NCBI GenBank assembly: GCA_963836755.1
Contig: CAWIKF010000002.1
Location: 2,080,001-2,144,000 of the forward strand
Direction of reading: 5' to 3'
Source of the DNA: an uncultured Verrucomicrobiae bacterium
GTDB taxonomy: Bacteria; Verrucomicrobiota; Verrucomicrobiia; Chthoniobacterales; Chthoniobacteraceae
DNA: 64,000 nucleotides
Shown here: in pieces, positions 20,281 through 30,404 of the stretch
Numbering within the stretch: position 1 is the stretch's first letter
How the letters are laid out: each line of letters begins with the position of its first letter
The notes under the pieces: model-generated
The model's database searches: none
The model's input: only the letters and a program-made list of their open reading frames with translations
What the model was told of the DNA's origin: nothing
Translations under genes and position numbers: made by a program

Positions 20281-22365
20281 TCATTTGCTGTGCATGACGA
20301 ACACGCCGTCCCAATTTTCCTCCGGCGGTTTTTCATGAAGCGCGGCGCAGCGCTCGGCATACATTCGCGCGAGCGGATCGTCTTTTTTCTCGTCGGCGCA
20401 TTCGTGGAAAAGTCTGCACGCTTCGAAGAAATTACCGGCGCGATAAGTCGCGAGTGCTTTTTCGTAATGTTCCAGATGTGTGACAAGCGCTGAATCAACG
20501 TTGGCGTCGATCGGACAGAGCACCGTGTAAACTTTTACCGGCTGCGTCTTGCCTTTCACACGAACGTAATCGGCGAGCTGGACGAGAAATTTGTCCCTCA
20601 CCAGCTCGGCCATTCGTTCGCCGATGATGATCTCGACGCCATATTCCTTCGTCAATCCTTCGAGGCGCGACGCGAGATTGACAGGATCTCCGATCACGGT
20701 CGGCTCCGCTTTTTCCTCGGAGCCGAGCGCGGCGAAAATCACCTCGCCGTAGTTGATGCCGAGGCCCATATGAAGCTCCGGCCAGCCGCGTGCCCGCCAG
20801 GCAACATTAAGCTCGCGCAGCGCCGCGAGCATGCGTAGCGCGGTCGTGACAGCGAGCTCGGCGTCGCGCGCGTTGCCTTCGCTGTGGACGTTTCCCCAGA
20901 CGGCGAGAATCGCGTCGCCGATGAACTTATCGAGCGTGCCGTTGGTCGAGAAAACGCATTTCACCATCTCGGTAAAATATTCGTTGAGCTGCGCGACGAG
21001 CTGCGTGGAATCCGCATTCTCGGTGAGAGTGGTAAAGCCGCGCAGGTCACTCATCAGCACGGCACAACATTTGCGTGCGCCGCCGAGCTGCTGCAAAAAA
21101 CTTGCGCGATTTTCGATCACCTCGCGGACAATATTTTTCGAAACGAAACGCTCGAACATGCGGCGCACGCGCTTGCTCTCCCGCCGCTCCGCCCATTGCT
21201 GCCAGACGAGCGCGGTAATTCCACCGGCGTCGAGCGCGACGAGCGGGCTGAAGATGAGCGGAAGGATTCCCGCCTTATTATAAAGCAGCACGACGATGCC
21301 GAGATAGACAGCGTTTAAAACAATGAAACTCCCCAATCGCCAAAGCGGCTGGCCGATCAAAATACTCAGCGCCAGCGCGGCGAGGCCGGCGACGAGGATT
21401 TGCGCGGCTTCGGCGCCGCGCCCAGGCCGCGTGATGAAGTCGCTGCAGAGCGCTTCGTTGATTGCGTTGAGATGCAGCACCGGGCCGTCCATCATGCCGA
21501 ATGGCGTGTTCAGCTGATCTTTCTGCGCGTTCCCGTGCGGTCCGATGAGGACGATTTTGTCTCTGAAAAATGTGCCGTCGGCGAAATTGGCGTGCCACAT
21601 TTCCGGGACGAAAATCGAGTAGAGCGGAATCGGTGGAAAAGCGCCGGCATCCTGCGCCGAAGCGAAGCGCAAATCGCGCACACCTCGCGGAACGGCAGCG
21701 CCGGATTTCTGCAAAACGCGCGCGGCTAGCGAGTAAAATTCGCGGGCGCCGTGCGTGTGCAAAACCTGCGCATCGGAGACGCGATAACGCGCGCTACGGA
21801 TTTTTTCGTCGATATCATCCGGCCAAAAGTTTGCAAAGCCGACGCGATCATCATGCTCGGGATCATCGATCAGCGATTTGCTCGGCTGCACAAGCGCGCG
21901 CGTGGCCGCCGCACTCTGCTCATCGACAAAATCGCTGCCGATGACGACGTGGTCGCGATACTTGTCGAGCGCGGCGCGGAGCTGTGCATCGCCTTCGCGT
22001 GGCATTGGAAACAAAATATCAAAGGCGACGACGTGCGCGCCCGCCTTCATCAACCGCTCAAGCACGTCCGCATGCACATCGCGCGCCCATGGCCACTTCT
22101 GCGCCATTTTTCGCAACGGTGGCGAAGCAGCGAGATCGTCGGCGAACACATTGTCCGAGACGTTCATCGTGGCGTTGTCGATGGCGAGAAAAACGATCTG
22201 CGGATCGACGCGCGAGCGCTGGAGCTGGCGCACAACGGAGTCGCGCACGCTGAGCTCCGCCTGTTGAAATGAAACGAAGAAGAAATGAAGGAGGAGCACG
22301 ATCGCGGCGCATGCCAGGCAGATGGCAGCGATGAAACTGCGTTGATGCGGAACGGCGCCTTGCAC
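20281..22365 (-). CDS. CHASE2-domain class III adenylate cyclase with C-terminal TPR-like helices
   Basis: WPWARD, VVAFDILF, DKIVLIG, 3 TM; SDLRGFT, DKFIGDAI, TVIGDPVNLASRLE; start estimated. Confidence 0.92.
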   Translation of the reverse strand: MQGAVPHQRSFIAAICLACAAIVLLLHFFFVSFQQAELSVRDSVVRQLQRSRVDPQIVFLAIDNATMNVSDNVFADDLAASPPLRKMAQKWPWARDVHADVLERLMKAGAHVVAFDILFPMPREGDAQLRAALDKYRDHVVIGSDFVDEQSAAATRALVQPSKSLIDDPEHDDRVGFANFWPDDIDEKIRSARYRVSDAQVLHTHGAREFYSLAARVLQKSGAAVPRGVRDLRFASAQDAGAFPPIPLYSIFVPEMWHANFADGTFFRDKIVLIGPHGNAQKDQLNTPFGMMDGPVLHLNAINEALCSDFITRPGRGAEAAQILVAGLAALALSILIGQPLWRLGSFIVLNAVYLGIVVLLYNKAGILPLIFSPLVALDAGGITALVWQQWAERRESKRVRRMFERFVSKNIVREVIENRASFLQQLGGARKCCAVLMSDLRGFTTLTENADSTQLVAQLNEYFTEMVKCVFSTNGTLDKFIGDAILAVWGNVHSEGNARDAELAVTTALRMLAALRELNVAWRARGWPELHMGLGINYGEVIFAALGSEEKAEPTVIGDPVNLASRLEGLTKEYGVEIIIGERMAELVRDKFLVQLADYVRVKGKTQPVKVYTVLCPIDANVDSALVTHLEHYEKALATYRAGNFFEACRLFHECADEKKDDPLARMYAERCAALHEKPPEENWDGVFVMHSK

Positions 22366-22453
22366 GCTTGCGGTGTAACATTCGCGCCGTGCGCAAACAA
22401 TGCCGCAAAGCTTCGCCGAGATTTGTATTGACGTGTTCGCTTTGATAGCAAAG

Positions 22454-23257
22454 ATGCGCCGCGTGTTTAACCTCAGCGTTCCTTCAAAGTCCGTGCGCTG
22501 GCTGCTTTTGGCGTCGGTGGCGATGCCGTGCGCGATGCTCGCGGCAGATCCATTCACGTCGGCGAAAGTCACGCGGCTGCAAAATGACGTCTCCGTCGGC
22601 GAAGCTCGCAACGGCCATCAGGTCGAGCGGCCCGCGGCGCTGTCGGATGTGATTCAGGCGAGCAATTATCTGCTCACGAAATCCGAGGCCCGCGCCGAGC
22701 TGCAATTTTCCGACCACTCGCTTGTGCGCGTCGGGCAAAACACCGTTTTTTCATTCGATGCGAAATCGCGCACGCTCTCGCTGCAAAAGGGCGCGATTCT
22801 TTTTTACATCTCGCCAGGATCGGGCGGCGGTGTGATCAAAACGCCGAGCATGACCGCTGCGGTCACCGGCACTCTTGGGCTGGTGACACCGAATTTGATC
22901 GCGTGCTTGCAGGGAACTTTGCACACAAAATTCGGCGACGTGCCGGCCGGATTTTCGGTAGATTCCAACGGCAACATTCAGAAGTTTGACTGGAAAGATG
23001 TGGTGGGTAAAAGCGCGCTCGTCAATTTCGGCGGTCCGCCGCCGACGCTTCCATTGCAGCCGCCGCTCGGCCCCGAAAACGGCGACGTCTCGACACTGAT
23101 GTCCGAATTTCCCGGCCTGCCGGATTATCGAATTCTCGACATTCAGGAAGCAACGCAGGTCAATCCTCGCGTGCGCGATTTCCTGAATACATCCCCGCCG
23201 AAGCCGACGCCGACCCCTCCGCCAGCCGTTCCGTCGCCCGGCCGGTATTTCTATTGA
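22454..23257 (+). CDS. Exported FecR-domain protein
   Basis: Signal peptide; ARAELQFSDHSLVRVGQNTVF, IKTPSMTAAVTGT; Pro-rich tail. Confidence 0.82.
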   Translation: MRRVFNLSVPSKSVRWLLLASVAMPCAMLAADPFTSAKVTRLQNDVSVGEARNGHQVERPAALSDVIQASNYLLTKSEARAELQFSDHSLVRVGQNTVFSFDAKSRTLSLQKGAILFYISPGSGGGVIKTPSMTAAVTGTLGLVTPNLIACLQGTLHTKFGDVPAGFSVDSNGNIQKFDWKDVVGKSALVNFGGPPPTLPLQPPLGPENGDVSTLMSEFPGLPDYRILDIQEATQVNPRVRDFLNTSPPKPTPTPPPAVPSPGRYFY

Positions 23258-23272
23258 GCCTCGATTACGATC

Positions 23273-24136
23273 ATGAAACTCCTTTCATTTTTTTTCCTGC
23301 TCCTCGGCGCTGGCGTCGCATGCGCTCAATCCGATGGCAAAAGCGCCATGGCGAGCACGGGGAATGTAACCCTGAGCGCCTCGCAAAAAGAAGACGTCGG
23401 CGACATTCATCCCGCAGGACCCGACAGGTTCCTGTCTCACGTCCACGTGAACGCGCAAACGCAAGGCGAGTATGTCACGAACGCGAAGTTGCTCGGCAAT
23501 AACAGCAGCAGCGATTTCCTCACCATTCCAGCGGTCGAATTGCGATACAGTGCGCCGCTCGTGCGCGGCTTCAGCGTCGATGCCGTCGCTCGGTCGGAGT
23601 CGACGATTTACGCCGACAACGGCTCGCGCAGTTTCTGGGGTTTCAGCGGCAGCGGTTTTCTCGACTGGCGCTATCAGCCAAAAGCGCCGCGGCTGTTCGT
23701 CGGCATCGAACCCTATTTCTACAACAGTTTTGATACAGAGCACCGCCTCGCCGATGCATTGGCTATCTCCACCGGCATCGACCAGGGTTTCGTGTTCAAT
23801 CAACACCGGACGCTCTTTACCGTTGGCTACAAGTTTTCAAACTACTACGCCTCGCCCGGGCTCGACGATCGCGACGCGCATCAGGTCACCGTTGGATTCA
23901 CCCACCAAATTCGTCCCGCGCTTTACGGTCAATTGTTCTACCAATTCCAATACAGCAACTACGACAACGAAAGCCGCCACGACTCACGTAACATCGTTGG
24001 CCTGAACTTGATTTACGAAATCACCTCGCATCTTTACGCCACCCTCGGCACCGACTTTATCGACAACGATTCGAACATCGGTTTGGCGACGTATCAAAAC
24101 TTCACCGTCCACGCGGGGCTGGCGCTGCAATATTGA
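23273..24136 (+). CDS. Outer-membrane beta-barrel protein
   Basis: Signal peptide, amphipathic Tyr/Phe-rich strands, C-terminal beta signal AGLALQY. Confidence 0.78.
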   Translation: MKLLSFFFLLLGAGVACAQSDGKSAMASTGNVTLSASQKEDVGDIHPAGPDRFLSHVHVNAQTQGEYVTNAKLLGNNSSSDFLTIPAVELRYSAPLVRGFSVDAVARSESTIYADNGSRSFWGFSGSGFLDWRYQPKAPRLFVGIEPYFYNSFDTEHRLADALAISTGIDQGFVFNQHRTLFTVGYKFSNYYASPGLDDRDAHQVTVGFTHQIRPALYGQLFYQFQYSNYDNESRHDSRNIVGLNLIYEITSHLYATLGTDFIDNDSNIGLATYQNFTVHAGLALQY

Positions 24137-24218
24137 TTCGGCAGGCGCGGTGCCTGAGCGCCGCTGAGGAAGAGTTGGTTCGATTCACCGCATCTGCGGT
24201 GTTAACCAATCCTGTGCA

Positions 24219-24836
24219 ATGACCACCGCCAATAAAATCACCGTCGTTAGGATCATCCTCATTCCGGTGTTCGTGATGATGGCGATCTATTACGGCAAAA
24301 GTGTCCGCGACGGACATCCGGAAAACTGGGAGCGCTTTCTCACCATCGCCATTTTTATCGTCGCAGCGGCAAGCGACGGCATCGACGGTTACGTGGCCCG
24401 CCGCTTCAATCAGCGCAGCGCGCTCGGCGTCATCTTGGATCCAATCGCCGACAAAGGTTTGCTTCTTGCCGCCATCATCACGTTGAGTTTCAGCAATTGG
24501 ACCTATGAATTTCCGCTTTGGTTTCCAGTCCTCGTGATCACCCGCGACGCCGTCATTGTGCTCGGCAGTGCGCTGTTGCATTATCTGGTCGGCAAAGTTC
24601 ATGTCCGCCCCAGTTGGATTGGAAAAACCGCGACCGCGCTACAGATGACCGCCATTTCGCTCGTGCTGCTCCAGCTGGATTTCTTCCAATCAAAAATCAA
24701 CTTTGCGGGTCAAAGTTACGATTTCCATTTCTTGGATATTCCTGTTGCACTCGCCGGACTTTTCACCTTCATCTCCGGCATCGGCTACGTCACGGAAGGC
24801 TTTCGACAACTTCACGCCAGCGGACATGAAACTTAA
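24219..24836 (+). CDS. pgsA: CDP-alcohol phosphatidyltransferase (PgsA-like)
   Basis: ANKITVVR, DGIDGYVARRFNQRSALGVILDPIADK. Confidence 0.85.
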   Translation: MTTANKITVVRIILIPVFVMMAIYYGKSVRDGHPENWERFLTIAIFIVAAASDGIDGYVARRFNQRSALGVILDPIADKGLLLAAIITLSFSNWTYEFPLWFPVLVITRDAVIVLGSALLHYLVGKVHVRPSWIGKTATALQMTAISLVLLQLDFFQSKINFAGQSYDFHFLDIPVALAGLFTFISGIGYVTEGFRQLHASGHET

Positions 24837-26187
24837 AACAATCGCCATTGTCGGCCGCCCGAATGTTGGCAAATCAGCGTTGTTCAATCGCCTAGCAGGA
24901 CGAAAAATTTCCATCGTCCACGATCAGCCCGGCGTAACGCGGGATAGAATTGCCGCAGAGTGCAAGCTCGGCAGGCAACCTTTTACAGTCGTCGACACAG
25001 GTGGCATCGGCAGCACAGTCGATCCGAGCTTCTCCAAGCAAGTGCGGGTGGAAGCGGACATCGCCATTGAAACGGCCGACATCATCCTTTTCGTAGTCGA
25101 TGGACAGGCGGGGCTCAATCCCGTCGATCTCGAACTCGCACGCCTTCTTCGGAAGGTTGAGAAACCGATCGTTCTCGTCGTGAACAAGATTGATGATCCG
25201 AAGCACGCATTGCTCGAATCGGAATTCACCCGCCTCGGTTTCACTAACATCCTTTCCATAAGCGCCGAGCACAGTCGTGGAATTCAGTCGCTTCTGGAAT
25301 CGGTCGAGAGCTTTCTGCCACAAAGCGAAGAAGATTCGTCGCCTAAAAGTGCAGCAGTGCAGCTGGCAATTGTGGGACGTCCGAACGTTGGCAAGTCCTC
25401 GCTGATCAATGCCATCCTTCACGATCGCCGCACTCTCGTCAGTTCCATCTCTGGCACGACCCGTGACGCGGTTGACATCCCCTATTCACGCGGCGAACAG
25501 CAATATACGTTGATCGATACCGCTGGAATCCGGCCGCGGGGCAAAGTCAGTAATTCCGTCGAAGTCTTCAGCGTCATGCGCGCCGAGCGTAGCATTCGCC
25601 GCGCAGACCTTTGCGTTCTTGTAATCGATGCCGCCGAGGGCGTGACCGCGCAGGACAAAAAAATCGCGGGATTGATTCAAAAATCAGAAAAGCCATGCAT
25701 CATTGCGGTTAACAAGTGGGACCTCGTCGAAATCGGTGATGATCAGAAAACTTTTCTTCGCGAATTCATGGCAGAGGTCCATGCAGAGCTGTTCTTCGTT
25801 GATTACGCTCCGATAGTTTTGCTTTCAGCGAAGACTGGCGACAACGTCGACCGGCTCTTTCGAATCATCGAACAAGTCCGCGAAGGTTCCCGCGGCCAGA
25901 TCACGACCGGCGTCCTCAATCGAATGCTGCAGTCGATTCTCAGCGCCAATCCTCCGCCCATTCGAAGCGGACATCGGTTCAAAATTCTTTACGCCACGCA
26001 GGTTGAGGGAAAAAGATCGGAGCCAATCCCAGTGCCGAAATTTCTGCTCTTCGTAAACAACCCGCTGGTCTTGCCCGATTCGTATCGCAAGCACATGGAC
26101 GCGCAATTTCGAGAACACGAGCGATTCATGGGGCTGCCGATCCTGCTCCAGCTGCGCGGACGCGAGTCACGGAAGAAGCCCAAATAA
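24826..26187 (+). CDS. der: Ribosome biogenesis GTPase Der (EngA)
   Basis: Two GRPNVGKS G-domains, PGVTRD/GTTRD, DTGG/DTAG, NKID/NKWD. Confidence 0.97.
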   Translation: MKLKTIAIVGRPNVGKSALFNRLAGRKISIVHDQPGVTRDRIAAECKLGRQPFTVVDTGGIGSTVDPSFSKQVRVEADIAIETADIILFVVDGQAGLNPVDLELARLLRKVEKPIVLVVNKIDDPKHALLESEFTRLGFTNILSISAEHSRGIQSLLESVESFLPQSEEDSSPKSAAVQLAIVGRPNVGKSSLINAILHDRRTLVSSISGTTRDAVDIPYSRGEQQYTLIDTAGIRPRGKVSNSVEVFSVMRAERSIRRADLCVLVIDAAEGVTAQDKKIAGLIQKSEKPCIIAVNKWDLVEIGDDQKTFLREFMAEVHAELFFVDYAPIVLLSAKTGDNVDRLFRIIEQVREGSRGQITTGVLNRMLQSILSANPPPIRSGHRFKILYATQVEGKRSEPIPVPKFLLFVNNPLVLPDSYRKHMDAQFREHERFMGLPILLQLRGRESRKKPK

Positions 26188-26205
26188 TTTCGCTTGCGCA
26201 CTTTC

Positions 26206-26222
26206 ACTTTGTGGGACAAAGT
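26206..26222. promoter_or_regulatory. Palindromic operator 1
   Basis: ACTTTGT-GGG-ACAAAGT, 5 nt before ATG 26228; matches the site at 27155. Confidence 0.65.
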
Positions 26223-26227
26223 TAGGA

Positions 26228-26836
26228 ATGAACGTGACCACTGAGGCTGAGGAACATCTTCGTGTTATCCGCACGTTGATGGAACGCGCCACGATTTATC
26301 GCGCAATCTCTGCGCCCACGGCTTTGGTTGGCGGAGTTACCGCAGTGATCGCGGCTCTCTGCTCGAAGAGGTGGCCACAGCACTTCTTTGGGTGGTGGCT
26401 TCTCGCTCTCGCGATCACTCTTTCCGCCAACACGATCTTTATTTGGCGCGCTGCGGCTAAACGACACGAACCACTTTTTTCCCCATCATTCAAACTCGCG
26501 TTGGTCGCCCTCTTCCCACCCTGCCTCGCCGGCGGCATCATTTCACTTCTGATCGCTCACGTTTTAGGCAGCCGCATTGTTGTGGCGATTGTGTGGACGA
26601 TTTTTTACGGTCTCGCGCTCCTGGCGACTGCTCATTTTTCGCCGCGGTCCCTTGTCATCCTCGGTTGGGCCTTTCTGTTGACGGGGATCTGCGCTTTTAT
26701 TCTGCAATTCTCTTCCGCTGCTTTCATCGGTGTCCCTTTCTCGTCTGACGAAATAGGCAGCTACGTGATGGGCGTGACTTTCGGGTTGTTTCACTTGGTT
26801 TACGCCGTCTGCACATGGCCGCGGAAAGTTGCATGA
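26228..26836 (+). CDS. Integral membrane protein (about 6 TM)
   Basis: EEHLRVIRTLMER N-terminus followed by hydrophobic helices; next to a wHTH gene. Confidence 0.8.
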   Translation: MNVTTEAEEHLRVIRTLMERATIYRAISAPTALVGGVTAVIAALCSKRWPQHFFGWWLLALAITLSANTIFIWRAAAKRHEPLFSPSFKLALVALFPPCLAGGIISLLIAHVLGSRIVVAIVWTIFYGLALLATAHFSPRSLVILGWAFLLTGICAFILQFSSAAFIGVPFSSDEIGSYVMGVTFGLFHLVYAVCTWPRKVA

Positions 26837-26840
26837 AGAG

Positions 26841-27137
26841 ATGCTCGATTTCGATAAACTCGACAAAATCATCCACGAAAAAGGACGTCTTGCCATCATG
26901 ACTCTCCTCGCATCCCGCAAAAGCTGGTCATTTCAGGATTTGAAAACCGAACTGAAAATGAGCGACGGAAATCTCGTCACGCACATGCGATCCTTGCACC
27001 AGCGCGGCTATGTGGCGGTGACGAAAGCTGTGCTGGATCGTCCGCAAACCACCTACGCGTTGACGGAAAAAGGGCGTAAGGCATTTCAGGACTACTTGCG
27101 CGTATTGGAACAAATTGTGAAAGCGGGAAAGCGATGA
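26841..27137 (+). CDS. Winged-helix transcriptional regulator (HTH_34, ArsR/MarR-like)
   Basis: LDKIIHEKGRLAIM, SDGNLVTHMRSL, PQTTYALTEKGRKAF. Confidence 0.9.
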   Translation: MLDFDKLDKIIHEKGRLAIMTLLASRKSWSFQDLKTELKMSDGNLVTHMRSLHQRGYVAVTKAVLDRPQTTYALTEKGRKAFQDYLRVLEQIVKAGKR

Positions 27138-27154
27138 ATCATTTTTGCCATGAA

Positions 27155-27171
27155 GCTTTGTGTCACAAAGT
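27155..27171. promoter_or_regulatory. Palindromic operator 2
   Basis: GCTTTGT-GTC-ACAAAGT, 6 nt before the ispH ATG. Confidence 0.65.
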
Positions 27172-27177
27172 AATAAT

Positions 27178-28050
27178 ATGAAAGTTATTTTAGCAGAACA
27201 TTACGGCCTTTGCTTCGGAGTGGAAGATGCGCTCGAACAGGCAAGGAAACTTGCGCAGCAAGCGCCGCTGACGATTCTCGGTGAGCTCGTGCACAACCCG
27301 CTCGTCCGGGAGGAGCTGTCTCGCATCGGCGCGGTGCAAGGCCAAATCGATGATCTGCAGAGTGCGTCCACACGGCAGGTAATGGTTACTGCGCACGGAG
27401 CGTCAGACGCGGCGCAAGCGGCGTGGCGCGGCGCGGGATTTGGCGTCGCCGATGGGACGTGTCCATTGGTCAAACATGCGCACGCCCGGCTGAGATCACT
27501 CGTGGAGCTCGGGTATCATCCGGTCGTGATTGGGCAAAAAGGCCACGCCGAAGTCATGGGTCTGATCGGCGATTTCCCCGACGCGACCGTGATCGCGCAG
27601 GAGAGCGATTTTGGCAACTTGCCTGTGCGCACACGATACGGCGTGATCTCTCAAACCACGCAGCCGATTGAAAAGGCGCGTGCGCTGGTGGAAAACTTGC
27701 GCGCGGCTCGGCATGAGAGCGAAGTTCGATTTTGCGACACCGTCTGCAAACCGACCAAAGATCGCCAACGAGCGCTGCGAGAGCTTTTGGAGCGGGTTGA
27801 TGTCTTGATCGTCGTGGGCGGACGCAACAGCAACAACACGCGCCAACTTGTCGAGGCGAGCCTTGCCGCGGGGATCGTCGCACATCACATCGAGCGGCCG
27901 GCGGAGCTCGACGTGCGATGGTTCCGAGCAAATGAAACTGTCGGGCTGACTGCAGGGACTTCGACATTGCGCGAGACCGTCGGCGCGGTGCATGCGCGCC
28001 TTCTTGCCATTGCCGCGGATTTCGTTTGCAAAGGCGGGAGCGAAATATGA
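27178..28050 (+). CDS. ispH: 4-hydroxy-3-methylbut-2-enyl diphosphate reductase
   Basis: GLCFGV, LVHNP, AHG, DGTCPLV, GHAEV, SQTT, DTVCKPTKDRQ, GGRNSNNT, TAGTST. Confidence 0.94.
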   Translation: MKVILAEHYGLCFGVEDALEQARKLAQQAPLTILGELVHNPLVREELSRIGAVQGQIDDLQSASTRQVMVTAHGASDAAQAAWRGAGFGVADGTCPLVKHAHARLRSLVELGYHPVVIGQKGHAEVMGLIGDFPDATVIAQESDFGNLPVRTRYGVISQTTQPIEKARALVENLRAARHESEVRFCDTVCKPTKDRQRALRELLERVDVLIVVGGRNSNNTRQLVEASLAAGIVAHHIERPAELDVRWFRANETVGLTAGTSTLRETVGAVHARLLAIAADFVCKGGSEI

Positions 28051-29552
28051 ATCCGCCGCCGCTTCCTGAAGATCGCGTTACCAAGCCGCGTCTTTTTTCA
28101 ATCACGCTCTCGGTTTTTCTGATCACATTTTCGGGCGATTTCTTGTTCTGGTTTGTCACACCTGGGCTTTCGCTCGCGCTCTTTGTTCTTGTTCTTACGG
28201 CCGCTGTCATGGCGAACCGGACATCGCGCGAGTTTCGAAGAGGCGAAATTTTCACGCTATTGTTAGTCTGCGGCGCTGCCTTCCAGGCCGGAGTGGAGAT
28301 CTCGTTTTCGAACATTCTCGTTCTTCTTGTTTTGCTCGTTGTGCTGACTGGAGAGGCATTTTTCGGACGACTTTCGCCCGGGTGGCCGCGGTGGTCAGAA
28401 TCGCTTTGGTCATTTGTTAAAACACCAGTTCGCTGGTTGCTGCTGCTCGGCGAGATTGGGCGGCAGCGCACTGCGGAAAACGGCGGCAGTTCCGCCGCAC
28501 GCGGAATCGCGCGCGGACTGCGCATTTGCCTGCCGGCAATACTGCTGACGTTTGTCTTCACGACGATCCTCGCAAATGGCAACGCCATTTTCGGAAAATG
28601 GATCTCGGGAATCGCGAATGCTTTTTTGCAGTGGCTCACGCATTTTGATGTGACCGCCGGGCGCATCTTTTTCTGGATGGCTGTTGCATTTTTCGCATTG
28701 CCGTTCGTGCAGCCGGGCAGGCTGCCAGCAAGCGCGAGATGGTGGACACGCGCGATCCCGCCGCTGCCGGAGCCCGCGGAAGTCGGCGTCAGATTATGGC
28801 AAATCCGCCTGATGCTCATTTTGCTCAACGCGCTTTTTTTCTCGGTGAACACGATCGACGCAATCTATCTCTGGATTCACAGCACGCTCCCGGCGGGCGT
28901 GACCTATAGCAGCTTTGTCCATAGCGGAGTTTTCTCGTTGGTCCTCGCGGTGCTGCTCTCCGCGCTGATCCTGGTCGCGGTCTTTCAACAAGCCGATGTT
29001 GTCAGCCGTGAAAAATCGCTGCGCGTCCTGGCGCTGCTTTGGATCGCGCAAAACATCGTGCTCGTCGCGAGCGTGCTGCTGCGGTTGAAACTTTACGTCG
29101 ACGCTTATCAGCTCAGCGAACTGCGGATTTACGTCGCATTCTTTTTGCTGCTGGTCACTGCCGGTTTTCTCTTGCTCGCGGTGCACGTGCAATGGCGCAG
29201 GACGCTGAACTGGCTCTGTTTTACTAACGCCGTCGCTGTGTTTGTTCTGTTTTACATTGTGCAGTTTGCCGACGTCGGCAGGTTCGTGGCGCATTACAAC
29301 GTCGAACAGTGGAAAGCGAATCCGTCGTGCCCGCTCGACGTCGGGTATCTCCGGCGGCTCGGTCCATCTGCGTGGCCCGAATTGCAAGCAGTCGCACGCG
29401 AAAACAATTCGGTTGCATCCACTGATGCGCGCGAGAAATTGAAAAAAGTTCGTGAGGAAGAATCAAACTATCTCGCTACTCTGCAGTGGCGTTCATGGCA
29501 GGCGCGCCATGTGCATTACGCGCGGGAATTGACGGCGGGCGCAGCTCCATGA
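28047..29552 (+). CDS. DUF4173/DUF4153-like polytopic membrane protein
   Basis: YSSFVHSGVFSL, RLKLYVDAYQLSELRIY, LDVGYLRRLG. Confidence 0.75.
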   Translation: MNPPPLPEDRVTKPRLFSITLSVFLITFSGDFLFWFVTPGLSLALFVLVLTAAVMANRTSREFRRGEIFTLLLVCGAAFQAGVEISFSNILVLLVLLVVLTGEAFFGRLSPGWPRWSESLWSFVKTPVRWLLLLGEIGRQRTAENGGSSAARGIARGLRICLPAILLTFVFTTILANGNAIFGKWISGIANAFLQWLTHFDVTAGRIFFWMAVAFFALPFVQPGRLPASARWWTRAIPPLPEPAEVGVRLWQIRLMLILLNALFFSVNTIDAIYLWIHSTLPAGVTYSSFVHSGVFSLVLAVLLSALILVAVFQQADVVSREKSLRVLALLWIAQNIVLVASVLLRLKLYVDAYQLSELRIYVAFFLLLVTAGFLLLAVHVQWRRTLNWLCFTNAVAVFVLFYIVQFADVGRFVAHYNVEQWKANPSCPLDVGYLRRLGPSAWPELQAVARENNSVASTDAREKLKKVREEESNYLATLQWRSWQARHVHYARELTAGAAP

Positions 29553-30397
29553 ATCGCCGTAGATTTTTGAAAATTTGTGCTGGTAGTGCGCTCGGCGGAG
29601 TCGCTGCGGTGACACTTGGGCACGGAATTTATGAAACGGAGATGCTCACCGTCCGGCACCTGTCGGTTCGCGTGCGTCATCTGCCCGCGCCGTTTTCCGG
29701 CGCGACGATCGCCTTTCTTTCGGACTTTCACCACAGCCAGGTCGTTCCTCGCGCATATCTCGAAAGAGTGGTGGCGACTGCGAACGCGCTGGAAGCTGAT
29801 TACATCGTGCTCGGCGGCGATTACGTGACGGCCGGTTGGAAATACAACCTTCTTCACGGCAAGAGCTACATCGCACCTTGCTTTGAGGTTCTGTCGAAAT
29901 TGCGCGCGCGGTCTGGGAAATATGGAGTGACTGGAAACCACGACACGTCCGTCGGACTCGATGAAGTTAATTCCGCAATGACGGCTGCGGGAATTTTCAA
30001 TCTGTCCAATCGCGGCGTGTGGCTCGAGCGAAATGGAACTCGCCTGCGGCTTTGCGGCGTCGGTGATCTTTTAACCCAATCGCGACATTTACCCGCAGCG
30101 CTTGGCGATGCGACCGAGCGCGATGCGGTGATTCTCGCGACGCACAATCCCGACTACGCGGAGCATATGGATGACCCGCGCGTCGGGCTGATCTTGTCCG
30201 GCCACACGCACGGCGGGCAGGTCGTGCTGCCCATCATCGGCGCGCCCGTGAATCCTTCCTACTTTGGCCAGAAATATCTCTACGGTCTCGTGCAGGCGCC
30301 GCACACGCAGGTGTATGTCACGCGCGGGATTGGCGTGCTGCCGATTCCGATCCGCGTGAACTGTCCGCCGGAAATCGCGGTGTTAACTTTGTGTTAA
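29549..30397 (+). CDS. Tat-signal metallophosphoesterase (YkuE-like)
   Basis: MNRRRFLK; SDFHH, GGDYV, GNHD, HNPD, SGHTHGGQ. Confidence 0.92.
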   Translation: MNRRRFLKICAGSALGGVAAVTLGHGIYETEMLTVRHLSVRVRHLPAPFSGATIAFLSDFHHSQVVPRAYLERVVATANALEADYIVLGGDYVTAGWKYNLLHGKSYIAPCFEVLSKLRARSGKYGVTGNHDTSVGLDEVNSAMTAAGIFNLSNRGVWLERNGTRLRLCGVGDLLTQSRHLPAALGDATERDAVILATHNPDYAEHMDDPRVGLILSGHTHGGQVVLPIIGAPVNPSYFGQKYLYGLVQAPHTQVYVTRGIGVLPIPIRVNCPPEIAVLTLC

Positions 30398-30404
30398 AGA
30401 AGCG

